Counted from the whole stretch's first letter, positions 34,422 through 47,856 are shown. The stretch: 59,149 bases of DNA, filler included, from Gonapodya sp. JEL0774 (GCA_027604505.1; 9 parts of 9 records of this genome joined end to end with filler, not necessarily neighbours in it); one strand, 5' to 3'. Notes: a model not told the origin generated them from the sequence alone. Program-made: numbers and translations.

Positions 34422-36230
34422 ATGCTATCACACTTGTTCCTCTTTGTCCTCCAGGTTCTCGGATCAATCACGCTCGTGGCCACTCAAGCTCAGACCCCCT
34501 CGGGAACATCGTCGAGCCCAATAACTTCTGAAACCATCCCCACCGAAACAGGGAGGGGATCGAGTGCTGCGTTTACTGTGACGCTCACCGTACGCTTTCT
34601 GTTCCGGAGCGTGGTCATTGTCCTCCAAGTTTGACGATCTGTTATTTTACCAAAGGGCCCTCTCCCAGATTTCGAGCCGGACGCGGACTGGCTCGCTAAG
34701 ACTCTTTTTATCGATCATATTGACGGATCGAAAGACCCGTGCTTGATTCGCGAAGTGAGAACTCTCTGCTTGTTTTGCGATCACCGATGCGAAATCACAT
34801 CACAGTAGTTGACCGTGTCTCCTGGCTATCTTTTCGTTCGAACCATCTTCAATACAGGGGTGCGTTGACGGTCCAGGCAATAGAACAGTTCTCCGGTAAA
34901 ACATTGGCCTTCGGATATTGTGCAACTAGACCATTCTCATCGCACACACTATCTTGCCACGCAACACGTAGGTTTGATTCTCTCATTCACAACAATGGTC
35001 CAGGCTCCGCACATATTGGACAACCACCGGCGTCCGTCAACGCGACGAACATCCCACCGTGAGTGATCAGTACTTGTCCGTTCCCATACTTTAACATCTC
35101 ATAAAGAATATGCTTACCATTTCTATCGCAGTTGGTATTATTACGGTGCGTTATACATCGCTTCCGTTCTCCTATGCGAACTGCAATTAAATCAAACAAC
35201 CATTTCTCTTGTGATTCTTAGATACCTGCCACCACCACTGGCACTTCATTGCTTACGCAAACTACAAAGTGCTAAGTAGTGATGGAACTATTGTTGTAGC
35301 GACTGGTCACAAGGTATGATTCGGGATCGAGTGGAGGTCGAGCGTGACTTGTGGGCTGATATATCGGCGCTATATTATTACTGTCCATCGGACGTAACTA
35401 GAACGGATTTTGTCTCATGGACTCCTTATGTCCACCGGACATTCCCAACCCTTACACCTGTGATGATCAAGGCATCTCTGCTCAGTGTTCTGATTTGTAC
35501 GATTCGGGCCTTGGGTGTCAATGGTATGCCTTCGAATCCTGCTCTTGCTTTGAGCACTCTGAGCAAATCGATGCTCACTTTAGGATTGACATCACGCACC
35601 TTCCCACTCTTCCTGGGTACTCACCAAACACCGAGTACCTTGTATCGGTAACTATCAACCCAAATCGAACAATACCAGAGGCAAACTACAGCAACAATCA
35701 AGCGGTTGTGAAGTTTAGGATTTCGGATCTCGCTGTGAGCAGCCGATCAAAATTCTCGCTCACAGATGATATGCACTTGGGTTGATAATCTGGTGATCTG
35801 GTTTCCATTCCTTCGGCTGTAGGTCAAAGCAACCAATGCATGGGATCTGTAAGTTCCACTTATCATGCGTGCTCAATAAGGGCTGCGTTTTATGGAATGA
35901 TTGTCACTCACTCCCTGTCCTAGTCCTGTTGGGGCCGATCCTATCTCTCAAGCAGCTTACTCCGCCCATAGTCGGGGTGATCCTCTGTCCTCCATCTATC
36001 GCAAATTTGGTGTCAAAAACAAGGCTGGACAAGATCTCTATCTCGTGGGAATGCAGCATCCAGAGCGGCTTACTTCCTTGGACAAATTAATTGGAGGCCC
36101 ACAGGCTTTGGAGGAATTTGGTGGACGAGTAGTGCCTGGAGCAGCGGGGGCTGCAAGTGGTTATTCAGACGGCGTCGTGAAAACTAAGAGGCAGTTCGGT
36201 AGCTGTGAGAAGAATGGGCGAGCTGTGTAA
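34422..36230 (+). CDS. LOX: Secreted lysyl oxidase (LOX domain), ~10 exons including a 14-nt microexon at 35132-35145
   Basis: Signal peptide, Ser/Thr-rich stalk, LPDFEPD, CLIRE|GC, VLR|FD..IHNNG, Cu site CHHHWH, GHK|NGFCLMD, QGIS..C.DLY....CQW|IDIT, INP....E.NYSNN. Confidence 0.92.
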
Positions 36231-36534
36231 TAAAGGCGCATCAACTTTTACTCTCGCTTATAGTCTGGGGAGCAGAATTCCCAGTGTTGCGGAAACAACA
36301 CGAATAGCATCCTTGCACAATGCACTTATTGCATTGTTATAGTGTTACTGAACATTTGTCAAGTTTGACGGATCGTAATGTTTGGGTGCGCTCATGATCT
36401 GTAACTCACAGTGAATCTTCTGATCAGATCCAACTTTTAGAAGGAGTAAGCATTGTCCTCGAGATCTCATCTATTCGTCTGATCGGACGTATGTATGCGC
36501 CCAACTGATCGTTCACACAAGAGTACTGGCGTGC

Positions 36535-37300
36535 TCACTCTACTAGATTGTTCACGATCGTTGGGTGATCGATGACTTCTTCCCCTGAATTCAACAGATG
36601 GGCAACGCCGCTCTGCATCCTCTTGCATATGTGCATCCGCAGTTTGCTTTTCACGGTGGGGAAGCATCGGGGGAAGATCAGTGCACTCAACACGATCATC
36701 ACGATCAATGGACGGATGGGGAACTCGGTATGTTCCCGGTCGATTATTCCGATAACACACTGAGATATTAAGAAGCGCTTGCTGCGAGATCGCTTTCTGA
36801 CAGGAATCGTCCACCTGCCAGCTGATTTCGCTTGTCCACTATGCAAAAATGAAATCTCGCCCCGAACTCTGGAACTAGCCCCCAGCAACCTCCCCACGAC
36901 GTCTCCAGCAAGCTTCGATAATTTGAGCAACCTTTCCCAGCCTCTTTCCGGACAAAGCGCTAGATTTACTTCCTTCTCGTTGGACCTATCCCGTCCTACA
37001 TGGTATCTTGATGCGAACTCCGGCGATGGAAGTCTCCACTGCAAGAGTTGTGGGAATCGATTTTACTCATTAGTGAGAGATAAGTGGCTGACTGGACCTA
37101 GGGCGGGCAATAGTGCGAACGTGTGCCGGAGAATCAGTCGATCAGCAGGTGGCAAGGATCAACCTATTGAAGAGGAACATTCTCGGAGTGATTTCACAGC
37201 ACCTTTAACTACTACGAGGGTAGTCTCTTCAACAATTGTTTGCGGACGCTGATTGTTACAGTAACATCGTGATTGGGACCCTGCAGCTTCTGCAATGTTA
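36535..37300 (-). CDS. Possible spliced hypothetical gene; model unresolved
   Basis: 169-aa ORF plus protein-like upstream frames. No family recognised. Confidence 0.25.
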
Positions 37301-37587
37301 TTCTCAGTGCATTGAAGACTTGTGGGCTGCTTCATATAAGACTGACTGCTTAGAGCCAGTAGATTAAAAATGCAGATCGAACTACTTCTTCTGTACAATC
37401 TCTACGTACTTCCGAATCACTCAAAAAGCCAGAGCGTGTAATTATATGCCGGCGGGAGGTGCCGTTGGTATGTACCTGCCCTAGCACCAATTCCAGGAGA
37501 TTGCACGAGTTCGTATGACTGGCCGTCATAGCGCTGATGTGGCCCCACGAGCTCTCGTGTGGGTCCAAAAACTGCATTAGCACCTCC

Positions 37588-39475
37588 ATGTTCCCGCAGG
37601 CTCACATATCTCTTTCTCCGGGTGCTGTCAACCTGGCAAGCAGCGAACTTCAGGAACAGGACACTCGTTGGTCATTCGCATTCAGATTGCTCATGCTTAG
37701 CATAGCACTGAAAGTTCTTCTCTTTCCCGCGTAGTGAGTGGTGTCAATCGTCTCTTTCTTGACGGCTTTCAAAACTGTCGCTGGGAACAACTTCCTGTTC
37801 TCTCGAATTGCGATCGCGAATCAGTCACTCCACCGATTTTGAGGTCCACAGGAATTGGCTGGCTATAACGTACAATTTGCCACTCAAATCGTGGTACTTT
37901 GAGGTAAGCATGACTCCTCTCCCTTCCGTCCACCGGGCTCACACCCAATCTTTCAAACCCCTGGTTGCGAATACCATCAGGCAACCTCTGAATGGACCCT
38001 CGACTATCCCCCGTTCTTCGCTTTCTTTGAGTGGCTACTTGCCCACTTGGTTGTTGCTCCGGCCGCCTCGCTCACCGGCGACTGGGGGATGCTCGAGATT
38101 TCACGAGTCGCGTATGAGAGCTGGACGACAGTCGTGGTCCAGCGATCTACCGTCATTGCAAGTGAGCTAACATTACTCCTTGCATTAATCAGGTATGCAA
38201 GGTCTCGGTGTTTGCAATGTGAAGTTGCATTTGAATAAAGCTTTTGGTCGCTGCCAGAGTCTTCTATTCCAGAAATGTCCTCCCCTCTACCCTACCTACT
38301 GGGACTCGCAATCTCCTTATTGCTGCCACCTTTCTCAATCCTGGCTTCCTCATCGTCGACCACATCCACTTTCAGTATAACGGCTTTCTGCTCGGAATCT
38401 TCCTCTGGAGCGTGGCGGAGGTAATGGAGGTATGTGTAAATGACTGTAGCTGTTGAATTCGAGGTTCAACCGACGAATCAGTGGGGAGAAGGGAAACGAC
38501 CTGCTTGGAGGAGCAATTTTCGCAGCTCTTCTCAACTTCAAGCATATATTCCTGTACCTCGCTCCGGCTTACTTCGTCTACTTATTACGGCACTACTGTT
38601 TCGCGCGTGATGCTGACATGGATACTGCGAAGAAGCAAGAACCGAAGGGCGTCAGGCAGAAGACCGCAACAGGTGAAGTTAAATTCCGCTTTGAACTGAG
38701 ACCACACCAAGCGCCATGAGTATCTCAGTGCTCTTCATGGACATTTGTACTTAGAACCGCAACTCTCAGCCTCCACGTTTGTTCGTTCTTTCCAACTTGG
38801 ACCTTTCATTCGACTCGGATCCGCCGTTATTTCAGTTTTCGCACTTTCCTTCCTTCCATTTCTGATTTCCACGCCAAGCCAACCTCTCTCGCACCTGAAC
38901 CAAATAATATCCCGATTGTTTCCCTTTCGCCGAGGCCTCGTACACGCGTACTGGGCGCCGAACGTCTGGGCACTTTATGTCGCCACAGACAGGATATTTG
39001 CAGGGGGGGCTAGGCTGCTCGGGCTGCCGGTGGACCCCGAAGCAGCGAGGAGCGCAACAAGAGGAATGGTGGAGGATGTGAAGTTTGCTGTCCTTCCAAG
39101 TGTAGGGGCGGGAGTGACCGCCGTTTTGACCTTTGTTGCAATGATGGTGAGTCGAAACGAGACAATAGGAAGTTCGGAATATATGCTTGCACCAACACTG
39201 TCACTTCCCAGCCTTCTCTTATCCGGCTTTGGCGTCGAGCTGGTCTCAGTGATTCCTCGACCTCCTCAAATCTGTCGAAAGGGTCTTTCTTTTCTAGACC
39301 CCAAGTTGCCTTTCTGGAGTCTGTCGTCATGTGTTCATTCGCATCGTTTCTCTTTGGATGGCATGTGCATGAGAAAGCGTGCTTGATGGTTACGATACCA
39401 TTTTGGTGAGTGTGATACCTCCTTTACACTCATGAGGGACTTTTGCGGCGGGCCATCCAGCCGCCAGATATTCGG
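37588..39475 (+). CDS. ALG8: Dolichyl-P-Glc alpha-1,3-glucosyltransferase, 3'-truncated
   Basis: [76 protein letters not shown]. Confidence 0.95.
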
Positions 39476-39575
39476 NNNNNNNNNNNNNNNNNNNNNNNNN
39501 NNNNNNNNNNNNNNNNNNNTTAATTAATTAANNNNNNNNNNNNNNNNNNNNNNNNNNNNNNNNNNNNNNNNNNNN

Positions 39576-39748
39576 ATTATGTATTTGTGTGGCTGGTCCA
39601 CTTCGAGCATTGCTCGCGGGCCGAACCCAAAGGATCGAGCTCGGCTCGAGCTTGAATACAAAATGCTCGATGCAAAAATCTAAAGCTCGAGATCCGGCTT
39701 GGCTCGGCGAGCATCGAGCGAGCCTGATCTTTTGAGCTGCTCATCATG
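39576..39748. mobile_element. Probable terminus of a hAT-like DNA transposon cut by the contig start
   Basis: Dense GCTCG/CGAGC subterminal-type motifs in both orientations, ending in ...CTGCTCATCATG. Confidence 0.35.
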
Positions 39749-41194
39749 GCGTGAGTTGGGACAGGCCGCGTTCAAGTTTTGGGGCTAGCGGGGATGAATG
39801 TGGGGAGGCGTGCAAGAGACACCTAAGTAAACTGTAGAGTATGATATGCGGGGTCATGTAACGAGGGAAGAAGACAGACTTCTGTTTGCAACTGCTCACA
39901 CACCGATCGAGGTCCGACCCTGTAGTTCCACACGTCCATCTGTGTCATGCAATCCATTGACCTCACACAGACGCTCATAGCAATATAATTGACGTTACTC
40001 TGCGTCTGCCATCGGGCGTCGTCGGTTTCGTGCGGCCTGGAAGGTCAGAATTGTCACCCGACAATCGGTCATAACAATAGAGAGCAGAAAGAAGGACAGG
40101 GACACAACCTACTTGCCATCCCAGATTCCAAGATGACGAGCTGATCTTTTCGCGTCCTCCCGGTTCACTGTCCTGTTAGATTTTGCAGCTGATGCGACTA
40201 CTTTGGTCACTGGGACATTTGCCACATTGGACAGTACGGCGAAGACCATAACACACTGACTCACTCTTAGGATGGATGGGGACTATTTTCTCTTACAAAG
40301 GATGTTTAGCTTATGAAATAGACCGACGGACATTGCTTTATAAACTGAGAAAACCTAGATTGTATTTGGAGGTTGCTACATCATACGTACTCTACGGGGC
40401 AACCTCTGTTCGCCGTTCGAGCCTCGCCACTTCAGTTTAACACGTCCTTCCCTCCTCGCCCGTTCCACCTGCTGATCGCCACTGCCACATTCACCACGAC
40501 CCATCCATCCCGCTGTCGACCTTCAGTCCCCATTTTCCAGACCAAAAAATTGCTCTGTTCACTCGCTACAGTACTGTGCTGAACGATGAAATGAATTGGT
40601 GGTGTGTAACACGTAAGCTTTGTGCAATGGGATGACGAGTGTAGATGGAAAGGACGAGGACTGAACGAGAGAAAGTGAAGATAATCGGAGATATGCGGGA
40701 AAGAGTTAAGAAGGTTCAGTGCATCGGCACTGGTTGAATGCGGCATGGGGAGGGGATCGCTTCGGAGCGCTTACATTGGCCTCTCAAGAACACTGATACA
40801 ACACAACACGATTCCACTGACTGTTCCTCTCGTCGTTTCTGAATAAGAGAAAAGAGCTCTGACGGAACATAAGTTTGTACAGCTTACTCAAACTTTATTT
40901 TACCACAAATAGATACCACAAAAAAGGACTCTCTGGAACTTGTAACAACACTACTAAGCTGTAAACCAAAGAAACGTAGAAAGCTCTTCTGCAAACTACC
41001 ATATCACAATTCCGCCTCTCCCAGTGTCCCACTGTTCAGCTTCCCTGCCCCACTCCTGCCCCCCCTCCTGCTCCAAGCACCTCTATCTCAGGTCTGCTCC
41101 TCCCACTCCGACTCTCATTTCCCGTACCTGCAGACCCACCACCAAAACTCCCAGCCACGTCACCTCGTCCCACACTGTACCCACGGCCCTTTGA

Positions 41195-42553
41195 CTACAC
41201 ACCCCGCGCAGGCCACATTCCTGAAGGTGGCGGCGACGGTCCTGTGGGGAATATTGAACGTTGAGGCGGGCCAACGACGTCACCATAGTACTGGGAGGAC
41301 ATTGGTGTTGCTGTGGGGACAGGGCGGAGGGCGGGGCCAAGGTTGAGGCGGGAGTCGTAGCGGAGGGTGAAGGAGGGTGGGTTCAGGTGGAGTTGGGAGG
41401 GTACCGGCAGGTTGGAAGCGTCACTGCGGCAGGCCATGGAGAATGCGCCAGAAGCGCTGGTACAGGTGTTGAGGCCCTGAGTGTAAGGTGTGACAAGTGC
41501 AGTCAGTCGGGTGATAGTTAGGATTCCAATATATTGCCATGTAAAGGGAAGGTGCAAAACAGTGAAAAGCGCTCACTCACAGAGCCCCACCCATCTGAAA
41601 ACTCCAGGTTCACATAGATCTCATCATCTACGGCAATATCCAGTTCATCGACATCTTGAGTATTGTAGTCAGCAATAGCGTGAATGAGCTTCTTGACCGT
41701 GCGGGGTGGCTGGGGTTCACGAGGTGGGGGAGCAGGCAGGAGGGACGCAAGTTTAGTGTGGAGCATCCCAACCTCACGTTCCAGCGTTGTGTTTTTTGTA
41801 GAGAGGGTGCGGTTCTCTGTTGAAAGAGTGAGGTTTTCTGCGGAGAGAGTGCGGTTTTCTGTGGAGAGGGTGCGGTTTTCAGACTGGAGGTCCTGGTTTG
41901 TTGAGTCCAGAGTTGTATTCCTTGCTTCAATGTCCAAGTTACTCCTCCGCAATTCCTCTGCCTTACTTTCAGCTTTTGCTGTCCTCACAGAAAGCTCCTC
42001 ATTCCGCTCCTTGACTTGATCCAACTCTGCACGCAGCTCCCTACTTTCGCGATCCTTGTCCGTGAGGAGAGTGAGGAGGGCTTCATTGGGTTGAGAAGAT
42101 GCAGAAGGTACTGTGGTAGGTGGAGAAAAGGGTTGTGGGCGGGATGGGACTGGAGTGGGAAGGTTGGATTGATGGTCTTGGAGGGCTTGCAAGAAACGTC
42201 CATCTGGCCATTTGCGAGCAACATCAAGTTGTCTCTGGTGACCACAGGCCCGTGAGAGAGGAGGACTTTGACGATGGGGAGGGAAGGGCGAAGAGTGAAT
42301 TGGGACTTACCTCCACACGTCTGCAAAACACTGTCACATTTTTGTCTGCGTCGAACAAATCGGCCACGTCCGAGTCCGCGAAAATGCCGCCTTTGGGGCC
42401 GATAAACGTGAAGGCAGCGGAAGGATCGTCTTTTGAAAGTATTGAGCAAACAAGATAGCGGAGACTTTCAAACGTTGCAGGAACTCGGTTGTTAAGCAGA
42501 ACAACTGTACGGGAAGGGCCGTCGCTCTCTAGTCGAAGGCGTTTGACAGTCAT
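41195..42553 (-). CDS. Protein with an N-terminal beta-grasp-like region, a coiled coil and a C-terminal SH3 domain, 2 introns
   Basis: AIADYNTQDVDELDIAVDDEIYVNLEFSDGWGS|GLNTCTSASGAF is an SH3 domain. Heptad ENRTLST repeats precede it. Confidence 0.75.
41798..41881. repeat. 21-nt coding tandem repeat, ~4 copies, encoding ENRTLS(T/A) heptads
   Basis: gagagggtgcggttttctgtg-like units. Confidence 0.85.
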
Positions 42554-43726
42554 GAAAGGTGATTGCGGGAGAGCGAACGTAGAGGTTATCTTGTAGGAGA
42601 ACACGAGAGAACACTGTGAACGCGCGAGAAGAGCGGGGGCGATAATGTGAGAGATGGGAAGGTGACTGTGTGTTGGGAAGGGTGCAGGGCTGATCGGCAG
42701 AACACAGAGGTGTCCCGAGTGTCCTTTGGGGTTCTCGCCCCTGTTCTCCTATACCGCACGTTGTGTGTTCTCCCATCGATCACCAAGTTATCATGTCTTC
42801 TCCCTCCCTTAACGAAGTTTCACCTACCGTCCCCTTCCTTTTCTGTCTCCGCCTTCGTTTATCTCTGCTCCCAACCTCAATCTTCCGCCTGCCATCCACC
42901 CTGCACCTTCTCCCCATCATCTGTCCGGCCCTCCACCTCTGCCGAAGTGGCAAAAACGGCCGATGCACGATGCGATGGAAGCTCTCGAGTGCGCTGTGAT
43001 GGAGGCAGAAACAGTCGAGGAACTCGTGCGCAGTTTGGAAAATGTATCGTGAGTCAATTCGACGCTCTCAACTCCACAGTGTCAGCGAAGATGGCCGGAT
43101 TTGGTGAATAAAATCATGATAGATCACTGACTGATGGGAACAAGCTTCGTTTCACTGGTCCATGATGGTCTCCGAACCGTTTCTGACGTCCAAAACGTCA
43201 CTCCCTGCGGATACCCACATGCAAATCCGAATGTCCAGTCATCTGTTGCTCTGAAGGTGCGGAGGCCGGAGGTCTGAGAAAGAACCGCTAAAAGGTGTCA
43301 CAGAGTGAGGTGAGTTACTTCCGGTGCTGTGTGACGTTTCCTTTGAGCTCTTTGCTTTGTTTGCTTTCTTGGCATCAACTTCTGTGCTGCTTATGCCGTC
43401 AGAAGCAGAGCGTTCGAGCTGGAACGTCTGGGCAGGTCCGAACCTCCTGTGACGTCGCCAAGTCCAGTCCTTCCTATGGCTCTCTGTAGCATCTAAGGTA
43501 CGCCGTAAAGGATGAGGGTAGACGCGAGAGTATGGACGTTGTGGCAGGTGAGGCTGATGGTGACAATATCGTGAGCACCGCGGTGACTGACAGGGTAGGT
43601 AGTGTAATAGAATCGAACTGCGATGTATTTCACGTGTATTCAATACAATGTTCTTCTTTGAGAAACTACTTCACTCTGGGTGTCATGAAACGAGTCAAGC
43701 ACAGCTACTGACACATCAATTGACGC

Positions 43727-45871
43727 TCAAACTTCGAACGCACACCTTTGACCGGCACATGATAGCTTGTCCGCCGTCTCATATTCATCCTGCTCACCAT
43801 CCCAGTCTTCTTCCCCTTTGCACACACCTGTATCATTGCCACACCACGCCCGTCTTGCTCCACTCCAAGAACCTTCCACCGTTCCTTGCACATCCAGCTC
43901 GTCGCCTCCTTCCTGGTGTTGAATTCCACCTCGTGTAGCTTGCTGGTTTCGTCTGCGGCTGGCGCCAACTGACCTTGGTGGTGCACGTCTACGCAGCTCT
44001 GGTGCCTGCGGCGAGGCACTTCGAAGCTGCTGATGGGTGTTGGAGATCTGGCTCTGCGAATTTGTCATCTGAAACAAGTATACAAAGTGCCACAAAAGAT
44101 TGATCAGCACAGCACACAGCCAGTCTCAATTCACAGACACTCACCTTATCAGGGGAATCCTTCGTGATAGCAGCGTACAGCTGCCTAAAGTTGTTGGCGA
44201 GGTTCCCATAGAGACGCTCAAACTCGGGAGCGGAGCCAGCGGCTTGGAAGTGGTTGTAGATAAGCGCGATTCTCTGAGATAGAGTGTCAGTGCATGTTAG
44301 TTGAGAACAAAATTGACGGGCAAATGCTTCCGCCCAACAGCCCAACCTTGATCTAGTACGCACCTTCACCTTTCTGTAACGCTGCCCCAATGCTGACTTC
44401 TTCCCAGCTCCTGTCTCAATCTCATCCGCTGTCTTGGCGTTTACTTCTGCCACAGTCCAGTCGTTGAGCGCCTTTACCCAGGTGCCACTGTGATAGTACA
44501 ACTCCCACGCCTCGAATCCTCCACGTGGGGCCTTTAAGCTGAATGACACGGTGGGTGGATACTCGGCGCGAGGACGGTGATCCTGTTGCACTCCAGCTCC
44601 TTGAGCTCCGACTGCATCCAACTCACCACTGTTCCCGGCAATCTGGTGGACAAGATGCTGCTGCGCGAGGGCAGCAAGTCCTGCTGCGATGGCTTGTGGG
44701 GAGACCACGGCGAAGACCACCTCCAGTGCCAGCGGAAGTTGGCGCTGGTGGACGTGGACATGGCGAACAAAAGCAGGTTCCGGCTGAGACTGGGGATGGT
44801 AATAGCTGTTGAAGGGAATATGATGCGGGCACGCTGGTAGCACCTCCATCTTGCTGAATTTGGTGTTGGTGGAGTGGAGAGAGGTGCAAAGGCATGTGGA
44901 AGCCGACTGGAGCGAATGGTGGAGGTGCTGCTGGTGGGAGCTGGGAGTGGTACTGTTGTGGTGTGAAGACTTGAGGGTCCGCATACCCTCCTGCTACGCC
45001 CATGCCCTGAGACTGGACCGACTGCATACCAGACTGACTAAAGACTAAAGGTGGTTGCATGTTCAACTGTAGAACAGTGTTATCAGTAGTTGAGGACCAA
45101 AATGCTTGTTTCGAACACAACTCACTTCCACCAGTGTTCGCAAGCCCGAATCCAACGCCACATGCATCCAGACTAGCTCCAGCACCCATGTTTCCAAGCG
45201 ACAGTCCGCCAGAGGACGCGGACGCGAGACTTCCAGTCCAGTTGTTTGGATTCCCGTTGCCGGCGTAACCACTTGGATCCTGTCCTTCTGTCCCAGAGCC
45301 CACAGCCGTTTCAAAACACCTCATTGCCGGCTCCATGAGCGACTGTTGCAGCCACTCGCCGGTGTCCCGAGAGTCCTGAACAGGCGGGACAGTTGGCAGG
45401 TGGATCGGGGGGGCAGGTGAGGCGACATATGGTTGGGGTGCCTGTGGCTGGACAGAGACTGCCTGGGGCCCAGGCGGCTGGTCATCCGGTAAGTGAGTGT
45501 GACGGATGATGAATCTCTGGGGCTGGGTAAGTTTTCGAGCGAGGATGGTGTCTGGGACGGGGTTGTAGTTGGTTTTGAGACTTTGGCCACCTGTGAATGC
45601 CTCTGGCCATCACTCACGCTCCGCTACACGTCCGACGTTCTGCACACTCAATCCAAGGATATCAAGTGGTGCAGGAGGGCCAGTAGATGTCGTTGCAAGG
45701 AAGGGGCGCGAGAGGGGGTTGGAACGAGTCCGCGATGATGCTCCGTTCCTGAGCGGTCCACCAGATCCAGGAGCAGTCGACGGCGCCGAATCACCAGTCC
45801 AGCTGTCAGTCCACTCCTTTCCCTTGTTGGATGTGTTTTTCGGCGTAGATTGCGCTTGTTTCGGGGGCATG
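43727..45871 (-). CDS. Hypothetical low-complexity protein with a C-terminal helical domain (possibly GCR1_C-like); apparent frameshift near 44600-44850
   Basis: Spliced ORFs MPPKQAQ..., MEPAMR..., then AWELYYH..KALNDW..QRYRKVK|RIALIY..EFERLYG..LYAAI. Confidence 0.4.
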
Positions 45872-46147
45872 GAGGTCCGAGAAGGTGGTGGACAACGGTG
45901 AGGTGGTTCTGAGCGCAGCACACGGCGAGCGGGACGCAAGTGGGGGGCGAGAGTGGGGCGAAATGATGAGTGTCCATGAGAGCAAGCAAGATGCCGAAGA
46001 AAAAAGCCGGAGAACACTCGTCAACAGCTCGATAACCTGGCGCAACCNNNNNNNNNNNNNNNNNNNNNNNNNNNNNNNNNNNNNNNNNNNNTTAATTAAT
46101 TAANNNNNNNNNNNNNNNNNNNNNNNNNNNNNNNNNNNNNNNNNNNN

Positions 46148-47856
46148 ACGAAGTGTTGCTAGGCGGATAAAGATCAGGCAATCCTGTGCACTATTCACCA
46201 GCCGTCGGCCGTCCTCTTCGAACTGTTTGACGACCTCCTACTGCTTGGCAATGGTGGTCAAACTCTATATTTTGGTGAAATAGGCCCCAACTCAAAGACC
46301 GCCATCAGCTATTTTGAGAAACGTGGTGCTGCTCTGCACAACCAGTCGGAGAATCCTGCTGACTATATTCTGGATGCTGGGAATGGGCTGCGGAATGCTG
46401 ATCCAGAGATTGCTATTGATTGGGTCAGTCAATGGCGAAAATCCGACGAGGCTGAATTTTTGGAATCTCGAATTTCAGAACTACGCAACGTTCCTGTGGA
46501 CAAAGCCTTGCAGAAAATGCAAGAGCAAGAGTTCAACATGACGATCACACAACAAATTCCAATCGTGATGAAGCGGCTTTTCACATTGTTCTGGAGGAGC
46601 CCCAAATATACTTTCGGACAAGTTATTATATCGTGTGCTGAGGCTGCGTTACTGGCTTTGTCCTTCCTCCAGATCCCAAAAAATCAAGCCGGTCTGCTGC
46701 AAAGAGCTTTTGTAGTTATGCTGGCTGGTGCATACTCCGGTCGCACAGCCTCTGTAAGTGTTGTCTCAGGGGAGGTGTGCTCCAGGCGTCAACTTGCTTT
46801 GACCGCTCATTCCCTAGAACACAATACCTTTCTTCTTTGACTTGAAAACAAACTTTTTGCGTGAATCTGCGCAAGGATTCTATAGCTCGGTTGCCTTCTC
46901 TACAGCTCTAACTTTTGTGGAAGTGAGATGTCGTTCTTATCCCGTCTTGTTCGTTGGCGATTTAGTTCTAAATCACATTTGCGTGCCTTGCAACAAGATT
47001 CCTTACAATATTGCTCAGTCAACAATTCTTTTCGTAACAATGTACTTCGCTGTTGGACTGTCTGGCGTACCAAGTGTCGCTGCAACATTTTTAGCTTTCC
47101 ACGTTCTCCTGACGATCTTCGCAACATCAATGGGGCAGGTGGTTGCGGCCCTCGTGCCCAACATGCCACTTGCCTTTTTGATCGTGTCAATCTCCAATCT
47201 ATTTCTTGCGGCATTAGCGGGTATTGGTGGGCCAGAAAAGCAGAGTACGTTTCTTTTGTGAGCACCCCGTAATGCCATTCTTCTAACGAGGCGAAATTCT
47301 ACATAACATCATCGGTAGTGCCTGCATTCTGGAAGGTGGCTTTCTACCTGAATCCTTTACGTAAGTTTTCATCCTCAACGATACTTTGGCGTGTACTCGA
47401 CTCGCTTTTCACCCCTTCAACCACAGACTACTATGTAGAGGGAACCCTGGTCAATGAGTTCGAGGATCTCAAGATCACGTGTCTTGATTCTGAGCTTCTC
47501 CGATTTCCCCCTCCCCCGGGCTTGACTTGTGGACAGTATCTGAGCGTATACTTCACCAACGGGGGATCAGGCTATATGGACAACCCAGCAGCGAGAGATA
47601 TTTGCGGGTAGGTTGCCACCTACGGCTTTCAAGCCCCTCTCAGTGATTAACCTGAGCGGCGTTGTATGTGCTCGATTACTCGAACACCAGTCTCTGCCAG
47701 CTTGCAGATGCCCCGCTGATACTTGATCAAACATTTTCCTTCAGTTACCGGAATTTGTGGCGCAACATGGCAATACTCATTGCGATTGCAGTCTTCAATC
47801 GGATACTGTTGTTCATTTTCATGCAGAATAATGCACGTAAAATGAGTAAAAGATAG
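46148..47856 (+). CDS. PDR/ABCG transporter, C-terminal part (end of NBD2 plus TMD2)
   Basis: AILCTIHQPSAVLFELFDDLLLL..G..YFGEIG, ENPADYIL, PAFWK..YLNP, PPPGLTCGQY, WRN. Confidence 0.92.
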
